Positions 46,901-53,811 of a DNA stretch of 53,811 nt are shown piece by piece. The translations under genes and the position numbers were made by a program. Position 1 is the stretch's first letter; every line of letters begins with the position of its first letter. Location: positions 1 to 53,811 of the IMG/VR virus record IMGVR_UViG_3300012843_000002; one strand, 5' to 3'. This DNA comes from a virus. Lineage: Duplodnaviria > Caudoviricetes. Under the pieces are notes generated by a model, which saw nothing but the letters and a program-made list of their open reading frames with translations, had not been told where the DNA came from and searched no databases.

Positions 46901-47260
46901 TCATTCCTTTGAAACGCCCTCGCGCTCTCGCTTACCAAACAGATACCCCATAGCCAACGTTATTACAGGCGCGAACACCGCCCAAACCTGTTTAAGAATA
47001 TCCAGACAATTTTTCCCATCATTCTTCCATACATCAATCGCAAAGAGAATCAGAATGAAAAGCACGGAAACCCTGACCATTCTAGTTATAAGATACCATA
47101 CAACCGAATCTTTTGCTTGATCCCCCTTTCCAATTACATCAGCGAAGGGCGAAGAAATAAAATTAAAAAAACCACTCTTACTCTTAGGTGTTTCATACTG
47201 CGGAGTGGTGACTGTATTTCCCTGAGAGTCGACCGGTGGCGCTTTCACCCTGTTAGTCAT
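46901..47260 (-). CDS. Two-TM membrane protein (moron gene 2)
   Basis: Two hydrophobic helices, ends ITLAMGYLFGK; AT-rich. Confidence 0.75.
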   Translation of the reverse strand: MTNRVKAPPVDSQGNTVTTPQYETPKSKSGFFNFISSPFADVIGKGDQAKDSVVWYLITRMVRVSVLFILILFAIDVWKNDGKNCLDILKQVWAVFAPVITLAMGYLFGKREREGVSKE

Positions 47261-47621
47261 CAGAAGCGTCCTTGTTGACCCCTAAGGTGATAAACGTGTA
47301 ATCAATAGACTTAGCTTTACTAGGGAGAAAATTAACAGTCATAATTAAGCCGAGAGTTTCTCCATTGAAGATCCCGACAGGCAGAAACGTCTTAGTGAAA
47401 CCCATTCTTGGCTTCTCAGATGGATTACGAAAAACAACGCGAAGGGTATTACCGTCGGTATTAAACACTATCCCCTGACTTAGGTCGCCCCCCGTAGGAA
47501 ATTCCACTAAAAAATCAAGATCATCAATACCTATGCGCACTGAAAGCTCGTCCGTTGGCATAATCAAGCGGCCACTAGCGATAACTTTCTTTTCGCCAAA
47601 ACTGATTTTAGGAATAATCAA
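47253..47621 (-). CDS. Beta-rich hypothetical protein (moron gene 1)
   Basis: TTG start after GAGGGG; 8-nt overlap with the next gene; AT-rich. Confidence 0.7.
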   Translation of the reverse strand: MIIPKISFGEKKVIASGRLIMPTDELSVRIGIDDLDFLVEFPTGGDLSQGIVFNTDGNTLRVVFRNPSEKPRMGFTKTFLPVGIFNGETLGLIMTVNFLPSKAKSIDYTFITLGVNKDASDD

Positions 47622-47802
47622 ACCAAGCCCCTCATGAGCTAAATCGTGAAGCTACAGCCTAAGCTGGATTAGAAATGCGAACAGTCGGCTCGGAACCAAA
47701 ATTCCTAAGGCCGCTATGCTTCTTGGTACAAATTTACCACAGACTATCTCACTCGCCTCTCCCTCTATTCAATGCCGCGATATGGCGGCCAAGGACGAAG
47801 TC

Positions 47803-48231
47803 ATGCTTGAAGAAAAGCAACTGATTCAGCCAATTGCCGTTGAGCGTGATGAGTACGGGTTTTGGACCCACCCTGCGTGGCCCTCAACGGATGAGGTGCT
47901 GACCCCGTATTCCTGGTTCGATGATCGCGGCTTGGACATCAAACAGGTTGAGTTTGAGTACGACGCGTCCGAAACCCTGCAGGCAGCCTGGTACCACGAC
48001 GGAACGGCAGACTGCACCGGCTGGAACCCTACGGAACCGCCCGGTGATGGCTGGTTCATCTTTTCCATCCATGACACAGAGGACGGCCCGATCTGCGTGT
48101 GGGTCCGCCACAAGGTGCAGCCAGGACCCGACTCGCCCTCTGCCTCCTGCTGCCGCTTCTCGGGATCGCGGCGAGCTCGGCATGGCTTGCATATGAGATG
48201 CGCCAGCTCGGCCGATTGCACGCGCAGATGA
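47803..48231 (+). CDS. Hypothetical phage protein, probably extended by stop loss
   Basis: VERDEYGFWTHP..WNP-EP-GDGWFIFSIHDTEDGP; see the AGGA junction at 48123. Confidence 0.7.
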   Translation: MLEEKQLIQPIAVERDEYGFWTHPAWPSTDEVLTPYSWFDDRGLDIKQVEFEYDASETLQAAWYHDGTADCTGWNPTEPPGDGWFIFSIHDTEDGPICVWVRHKVQPGPDSPSASCCRFSGSRRARHGLHMRCASSADCTRR

Positions 48232-48341
48232 ACTGCCAGCACGCCAGCAACGAGCGCCAGCTCTCCCCGCACGAAACCCAACCCGAACCTACACCCGCTC
48301 TGGCGCCTGGGCGCTGGATTGATGAGAGGTATCAGCTGTGA
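48123..48341 (+). pseudogene. Gene with probable start-codon loss (AGG for ATG)
   Basis: Frame reads (M)TRLALCLLLPLLG.. after an AAGGTG RBS and overlaps the next gene by GTGA. Confidence 0.55.
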
Positions 48342-48577
48342 GGAACATCAAAACTCGAGAGGGCTATGACCTTTGGGACAAGGCGCACCAGCTTCCAAGG
48401 TTCAACTTCTGGCGTGGCGGAGATGACGAGAAAGGAACCGTCATCCGCGTGCCAGACAAGCATGGCAACTGGGTCAACTTCGATGACCTGGCCAAGCTGG
48501 CCGATGAATACCAAGGCGAAATCAACTCGCTGCGCGATCGGCTTGCCAGGCTTGAACCGAAGGCGGTGCAAGCATGA
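48338..48577 (+). CDS. Hypothetical phage protein
   Basis: GAGGT RBS, 4-nt overlaps on both sides. Confidence 0.7.
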   Translation: MRNIKTREGYDLWDKAHQLPRFNFWRGGDDEKGTVIRVPDKHGNWVNFDDLAKLADEYQGEINSLRDRLARLEPKAVQA

Positions 48578-48972
48578 CTGACCTGATAGAAGTGAGGGTA
48601 TCGAACCTAATCGGTGCGCCGCTGGACTGGGCGGTGGCCATGGCCGAAGGCTACAAGCAAGACACCGAAAACCACCTGACGATTATCAGTCCCCGGGGCG
48701 TATTCGCCAGCGTGAGCATTCGCGGCGCCTCCGAAGGCTTCGGGTTTCGACCATCCACTAACTGGGACCAGGGCGGCCCACTGATCGACAAGCACAACGG
48801 CGGGCTGCACTACGAGGCCCACCTCGCCGACGCGAACTTTCGCTACAGCTCTGGGCCAGGCAGGACCGGTTTCTGGTGCTATGGCCCAACTGCGCTAATT
48901 GCCTTCTGCCGAGGCCTGGTCAAAGCCAAGCTCGGCGATACCGTCCAGGTGCCGAAGGAGCTGTTGCCATGA
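48574..48972 (+). CDS. DUF2591/NinX-like protein
   Basis: LIGAPLDWAVA..FRPSTNWDQGGPLI. Confidence 0.75.
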   Translation: MTDLIEVRVSNLIGAPLDWAVAMAEGYKQDTENHLTIISPRGVFASVSIRGASEGFGFRPSTNWDQGGPLIDKHNGGLHYEAHLADANFRYSSGPGRTGFWCYGPTALIAFCRGLVKAKLGDTVQVPKELLP

Positions 48973-49319
48973 AGACCCTTGGCGAAATCATCGAAGCCGT
49001 GAAATCCGGCGAGCGCCCAGACTATGACGATCTGCGGCTGGCCGTCTGTGCCATGGACATGCTCATGACCTTCGACCGCCAAGCCATCTGGAAGCTGGCC
49101 GAAGGTGAGGAAAAGTGCAAGAAGCCGTTCTTGACCTGGAGCGGCCTATGGCAACGCGACGAGAACTTCACGCGGGTGAAGCGGGCCATGGCCATGGATC
49201 CTAAGGCCTACCTCGGCGCCAACTACGACCCCGACAGCCCGGCGGTGCAGGAGCGCAGGCGTATGTCGATCGCCATAATGGATGGCGTTGCACGCCGCGC
49301 ACAGGGTAAACAACCATGA
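48969..49319 (+). CDS. Hypothetical phage protein
   Basis: MKTLGEIIE..; ATGA overlaps. Confidence 0.7.
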   Translation: MKTLGEIIEAVKSGERPDYDDLRLAVCAMDMLMTFDRQAIWKLAEGEEKCKKPFLTWSGLWQRDENFTRVKRAMAMDPKAYLGANYDPDSPAVQERRRMSIAIMDGVARRAQGKQP

Positions 49320-49690
49320 GCAGGCGCGCAGTTCACATGTACGAGTGGGATGGCGGTACCGAGGCCGACCCAGACCCGCCAGAAGACGTGCTGTGCGGTA
49401 CCGATGGTGAAATGGAAGACGAGCAGCTGACCAGCGATTGGCGCCACGTCACCTGCAAGCGCTGCCTCAAGATCCGTGAAAAGCAGCTGGCCAGGCGCGC
49501 AGCCGAGGAGCGAGACCAGAAGGTCAAGCTGTTCGACGAGGCCCAAACCATCACCATCGAGCTGGGGCACCGCTACATCTCAACAGCTATCAAGGCCCTG
49601 ATCAGGGAGCGCGACCAGCTGATCGCCGAGAACAAGCTGCTGCGCGAAGACCGAGACGGCCTGCTAGAAGCCGGCGCCCATCTTCTCTAA
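49316..49690 (+). CDS. Hypothetical phage protein (Zn motif + coiled coil)
   Basis: H..CG..VTCKRC. Confidence 0.7.
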   Translation: MSRRAVHMYEWDGGTEADPDPPEDVLCGTDGEMEDEQLTSDWRHVTCKRCLKIREKQLARRAAEERDQKVKLFDEAQTITIELGHRYISTAIKALIRERDQLIAENKLLREDRDGLLEAGAHLL

Positions 49691-49745
49691 CCCCTCCCCT
49701 ACTACTCAAGCCCGCCGACATGCGCGGGCATGGAGAGCTATCGCC

Positions 49746-50069
49746 ATGACGAAAGATGAACTCTCGAGCCTGCCTGCAAAGGTCCGCATTGCGATCGAGG
49801 CCGGCAAAGCCGCAGCGGCTGCGTGCACCGACGACGGCGGCAGCGCCAACTTGGACCGCGTAGTGATTCCGGTGCCAGGCCTTCGGCCCAGCCAACTGCA
49901 GGGGTTGCCCGGTTACGTCCAGAAGAAAAGCCGCTACCACCAGCAAGGCGTCCACTTGGACACACCTTGGCCAGGCCAGGGAAACCAGCACAGCGCGGGC
50001 GTGCAGGCAATGCACAAGTCGCTAAAGGACCAGGGCGTCAACTGCTACGTCTACTACCAGGTCGACTGA
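49746..50069 (+). CDS. Hypothetical phage protein
   Basis: GGAG RBS; DDGGSANLD. Confidence 0.7.
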   Translation: MTKDELSSLPAKVRIAIEAGKAAAAACTDDGGSANLDRVVIPVPGLRPSQLQGLPGYVQKKSRYHQQGVHLDTPWPGQGNQHSAGVQAMHKSLKDQGVNCYVYYQVD

Positions 50070-50106
50070 CCACCAACCTGCCGCCACCGGCGGCGTGGAG
50101 ACCATT

Positions 50107-50451
50107 ATGCAAAACGAAGATCGCCAGCCGGTGGCCTATGTATCCGACAAGGTCCCTGAGGAGAAGATGGCAGAGCTGGTCGGAACGACCAAGCGCGCAT
50201 TGGAAGGTAAGCGAAGCCGCGGCGTGATCCCCGAGGGGGTCTGGAAGAAGATCGACGGCCGGATTTTTTACAGCATCAGGAGATATGAAGCGTGGCTGGA
50301 AGGAAGCTGGGGCTACCCACTGGAGTCGAACTCATCGGTAAATCCATCCGGATCCGTTTTACTTGGAACGGTGAGCGTCGGTCCGAAACTCTCGCGCATC
50401 CCCAAACCGCCAAGGGGATCAAAGCGGCAGCCGATTTACGCGCTCAAGTAA
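50107..50451 (+). CDS. Putative excisionase
   Basis: Small wHTH (MAELVGTTKRALEGKR..GVWKKIDGRIFYS..YEAW) overlapping the integrase start. Confidence 0.7.
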   Translation: MQNEDRQPVAYVSDKVPEEKMAELVGTTKRALEGKRSRGVIPEGVWKKIDGRIFYSIRRYEAWLEGSWGYPLESNSSVNPSGSVLLGTVSVGPKLSRIPKPPRGSKRQPIYALK

Positions 50452-51485
50452 TCAGCCTTGCCAAACACGGGGTGCTGGACGAGAAGCGGTATGCCGAGCT
50501 ATTCCCCACGTCCAGCTATTTCGCGCATGTGAATGAAATCATGTTCGGCGAGTACGCCCAGACCTGGCTAAACAGCCTGGAAGTGGTGCACGACACCCGC
50601 GTCAACTACAAGGGGTTAATGAACAACTATTGGATGCCCCATCTGGCAACGCTGCCGATCAAGGCAGTTACACCGATGGTGCTGAGGGAGGTAGTCGCAA
50701 AGACCCAGTGGAAGAGTTCGACAGTCAAACGCGCCGCTATCGCCAGGGTAAAGGCGATGTTCCGAGCAGCAGTGTATGACGAGGTGGTAGACAGGAACCC
50801 GGCTGCTGCAATCCAACTGCCTCAGAAGAACAAGAAGCAGGTGGACCCGTTCACGGTGGAAGAAGCTGATGCTCTGATCGCGTGGATGTATGCGAACTTC
50901 TCCCGATGCAACCAGGTATTCGCCGCGTTCTATGAGTTTGCCTTCTACACTGGCATGCGCACTGGCGAGGTCATGGCGCTGCGTTGGGACGAGATTGACT
51001 TCGACAAGAGGACGGCACACGTCTGCCGGATCGTGGTGGAAAAGCAAGTGGTCGAACGAACAAAGACGAAGTACACCCGAACCGTGATGCTCAACAGTCG
51101 AGCTTTGGGCGCCCTGGCCAAGGCAAAGGAGATCGCACACTATCGATCCAGACAGAAGCGCCGAGTCTCTACAGAGTCATCCTACGTCTTTCAGCCTTCC
51201 GGCTCATCGCCGTACATGAAGGGCACTGATACTCCCGGGGTACACTTCAATGAGGCTATCGCGGCATTGAAGCTTCCTGCGCGTCCTCAGTACAACTGCA
51301 GGCACACATATGCCACGATGTGCCTCATGTCTGGGATGAACCCTGCCTTCATCGCGGGGCAGCTCGGGCACTCGGTCCAGGTGCTGTTGACGACGTACGC
51401 AAAGTGGCTGAATTCAGCCAACGATTGGTCCGAATTGGCCAAGCTTGAACAGCAGGTAATTGGTACAGAATTGGTACAGGATTAA
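50292..51485 (+). CDS. int: Prophage integrase (arm-binding + tyrosine recombinase)
   Basis: SIRIRFTWNG arm domain; TGMRTGE, TKT, YNCRHTYAT, QLGH, YAKW. Confidence 0.93.
   Translation: MAGRKLGLPTGVELIGKSIRIRFTWNGERRSETLAHPQTAKGIKAAADLRAQVISLAKHGVLDEKRYAELFPTSSYFAHVNEIMFGEYAQTWLNSLEVVHDTRVNYKGLMNNYWMPHLATLPIKAVTPMVLREVVAKTQWKSSTVKRAAIARVKAMFRAAVYDEVVDRNPAAAIQLPQKNKKQVDPFTVEEADALIAWMYANFSRCNQVFAAFYEFAFYTGMRTGEVMALRWDEIDFDKRTAHVCRIVVEKQVVERTKTKYTRTVMLNSRALGALAKAKEIAHYRSRQKRRVSTESSYVFQPSGSSPYMKGTDTPGVHFNEAIAALKLPARPQYNCRHTYATMCLMSGMNPAFIAGQLGHSVQVLLTTYAKWLNSANDWSELAKLEQQVIGTELVQD
51458..51479 (+). repeat. Tandem 11-bp repeat AATTGGTACAG x2, probable integrase arm sites of the right att
   Basis: Perfect tandem repeat at the integrase 3' end, next to the phage/host junction. 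Confidence 0.65.
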
Positions 51486-51604
51486 ATTTCGTTCACGTTA
51501 CGCCCTTTAGTCATAAGGCATTCGACACGGTTTAGGCCATACTCCACAATGCAGCGGTTTTTTGGGGGAAAACCCTTGCACAGCCAACGACATACCAACT
51601 TTTA

Positions 51605-52540
51605 GTGAGCCTCAACGTGAAAACATCCCTGTCTATCCTCAGCCTGCTGCTGTTGCTCACAGGTACCGCGACCCTTCCGTCGACTGCTGCTGCACAACCC
51701 CCGGCCCAGGTGCAACGTGACCCGGCCAAATTGCACTTGGCTTCGGGCAGCGCATTGCTGATCGACCTGAACACCAATCAGGAACTGTATGCCAGCCACG
51801 CCGACCGCGTGGTGCCCATTGCCTCGGTGACCAAACTGATGACGGCGATGGTGGTGCTGGACGCCAAGCTGCCCATGGATGAAATGCTCACCATGACCAT
51901 CGCCAACAACCCGGAGATGAAGGGTGTGTATTCGAGGGTGCGCCTGGGCAGCCAGCTGAACCGCCGCGAGACCTTGCTGATTACCCTGATGTCGTCGGAA
52001 AACCGTGCGGCCAACAGCCTGGCCAACCACTACCCCGGCGGCTACCCGGCGTTCATCAAGGCCATGAACGCCAAGGCCCGCAGCCTGGGCATGGCGCACA
52101 CCCGCTATGTCGAGCCGACCGGCCTGTCGACGCAGAACGTGTCCAGCGCCCGCGACCTGTCGAAGCTGTTGATGGCGTCGCGCAAGTACCCGATGCTGAG
52201 CGAACTGTCGACGACCCGCGAGAAGACCGTGGCCTTCCGCGCGCCCAACTACACCTTGGGCTTTCGTAACACCGATCACCTGGTGAACAAGAGCAACTGG
52301 GACATCAAGCTGACCAAAACCGGCTTCACCAATGAGGCTGGCCACTGCCTGGTGCTGCTGACCCGCATGGACAACCGCCCGGTGGCGATGGTGATCCTCG
52401 ATGCCTTCGGCAAGTACACCCACTTCGCCGATGCCAGCCGCATGCGTCAATGGCTGGAAACCGGAGCAGCCAAACCTGCGCCAGCAGTGGCTATGCAGTA
52501 CAAGGCTGACCGGGTGAAGGGGCGCTTGGCGGCCGAGTAA
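51605..52540 (+). CDS. pbpG: D-alanyl-D-alanine endopeptidase PBP7 (host gene)
   Basis: Signal peptide; SVTK (SxxK), SEN (SxN), KTG; start may be 51617. Confidence 0.92.
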   Translation: MSLNVKTSLSILSLLLLLTGTATLPSTAAAQPPAQVQRDPAKLHLASGSALLIDLNTNQELYASHADRVVPIASVTKLMTAMVVLDAKLPMDEMLTMTIANNPEMKGVYSRVRLGSQLNRRETLLITLMSSENRAANSLANHYPGGYPAFIKAMNAKARSLGMAHTRYVEPTGLSTQNVSSARDLSKLLMASRKYPMLSELSTTREKTVAFRAPNYTLGFRNTDHLVNKSNWDIKLTKTGFTNEAGHCLVLLTRMDNRPVAMVILDAFGKYTHFADASRMRQWLETGAAKPAPAVAMQYKADRVKGRLAAE

Positions 52541-52574
52541 GCCAGGCGCATGCTGTTGGCGTACGACCTGGGGG

Positions 52575-53811
52575 CTAGCTCGCTTGCACGATGATCTGGC
52601 TCTGCAGGTCCTTGACCATCGCCTCGAGCGTCGGCTTCATGGCGGCAAAATCCTCGGGTGAACACACCACGTTCGGGCGGCTGAACTTGAAGTGCCGCTC
52701 GATCACCACCGCATTCCCCTCCTGAGCGTAACGCGCGCTGTATTCCACATTGGCGTCTTGCAGACGCACCTGCTTGGGGATTGCCAGTACGCTGACCTCC
52801 GGTGGGAATTCGAAACGCGATGTTTCCACGGTGTCGTTGGAAATGCACACGAAGTGCTGGCTGCGTTCCTTTTCCATGGCAAAGCTGTAGACGTTCTGCG
52901 AAATACCCCCTGCCAGGCTGCTCAAGGCCACCACCCCCACCGGCCCGGGCAGGTTGACGAGGTTTTCCGTGCGCCCATCGACGGTGCTGACAAACTCGTC
53001 ACTGGCGCTCGGCGGGTGTACCTCGAACGTGCCGCTGCCGCGCTGCCCGTAGGCGCCGAGCACTTTTTCGACGAGCAGTTCACGGTCGGCCGGCTTCATC
53101 GATTTAACCCCATAGCGGCTGACCTCGCTGGCCCAGCCTTGCACGGTGGCAACGTTGGTGAAGTCCGCCGCTCCCTTGCCGTTGACCTTGAACTTCAGGT
53201 CGCTGGACACCTTGTTGAGCTGGATGGCCGGGGTACGCCCGAACTCGCCTGTGGCAGTCAGCAGCACACGCTTGTTCAAGGTACCCAGCGGCAGGTAGCC
53301 TGCGGCAATCGAAGGGTCGGTCGAGTCCAGGTACAGGTCCAGGCTCGGCACGTAGGTGATCACGTGGTTCAACACCCCCAGCGCAGGAACCTTGGGGAAC
53401 ACATAAGCATTGCCCAGGTTGATCAAGGCCGGCGTGCTTTTGATACCCGCCGCCGTCAGCAGCGCTTCAAGCAGTGCCACATGGTCCTTGCAATCACCGT
53501 AGCGGTTGTCCAGCACGGTCTGCGCGGCATGTGGCACCACCCCACCGGCACCGACATACACAGCGACATAGCGAATGTTCTCACGCACCCAGTCGCTGAG
53601 CGTCAGCGCCTTTTCCCGTGCAGTGGGCAAGTGGGCCGTCAGGCGGTGGGCCAACTCGGTGATCGGTGCCGTGACCTCGACCTGGGCGCGTGCCTGGTAG
53701 GCCTCGGCGAACTGTTTGAAATCGGTGAAGGTCGAGACGGCCAGATAGTGCCCGTAGTCCAGGTAGGACACCGCACTGGCTTCGATCCGCGCCCGGTCCG
53801 CCGGTACGTAA
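52575..53811 (-). CDS. Transglutaminase-like (DUF3857-type) host protein, 5' end outside the window
   Basis: WVRENIRY, YGDCKDH, NHVI, LDST Cys-His-Asp pattern. Confidence 0.8.
   Translation of the reverse strand, partial: YVPADRARIEASAVSYLDYGHYLAVSTFTDFKQFAEAYQARAQVEVTAPITELAHRLTAHLPTAREKALTLSDWVRENIRYVAVYVGAGGVVPHAAQTVLDNRYGDCKDHVALLEALLTAAGIKSTPALINLGNAYVFPKVPALGVLNHVITYVPSLDLYLDSTDPSIAAGYLPLGTLNKRVLLTATGEFGRTPAIQLNKVSSDLKFKVNGKGAADFTNVATVQGWASEVSRYGVKSMKPADRELLVEKVLGAYGQRGSGTFEVHPPSASDEFVSTVDGRTENLVNLPGPVGVVALSSLAGGISQNVYSFAMEKERSQHFVCISNDTVETSRFEFPPEVSVLAIPKQVRLQDANVEYSARYAQEGNAVVIERHFKFSRPNVVCSPEDFAAMKPTLEAMVKDLQSQIIVQAS

Larger units (their letters stand above)
2128..51500. mobile_element. 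Lambda/HK97-like temperate prophage (siphovirus-type); left boundary uncertain
   Basis: Ordered modules: integrase/xis, early genes, cI/cro, O/P replication, Q, terminase, portal, ClpP protease, HK97 capsid, tail, lysin/spanins. Abuts host pbpG on the right. Confidence 0.95.

Overview
Most of the window (about 2.1-51.5 kb) is a near-complete lambda/HK97-like temperate prophage of Pseudomonas type. It is inserted just upstream of host pbpG, which is followed by a partial transglutaminase-like gene. On the + strand, the early-left operon runs from 39.0 to 51.5 kb and ends in xis/int. On the - strand, cro/replication/Q/holin/packaging/head/tail/lysin-spanin genes run from 36.0 down to 6.3 kb. 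Left of these is a LexA-box-controlled block (adenine methylase, SRAP, umuDC/rulAB). cI and cro, two operator clusters and both early promoters are readable. The left att site was not found. The first 2.1 kb is an accessory region in which single genes alternate with a conserved ~25-34 bp repeat. Best candidate for a new system: a coupled gene pair between cI and OL (the lambda rexAB position) encoding a cytoplasmic trypsin-like serine protease and a 76-aa protein that resembles the protease's own N-terminal domain. Also notable: a cloverleaf RNA with possible kissing loops in the early-left transcript, several antisense morons (one a 32-aa membrane peptide missing from the ORF track), a GvpU-like moron, an SGNH-esterase tailspike, a -1 frameshift site and point lesions visible at gene junctions. 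All family calls are by motif recognition and gene order; no database search was run.
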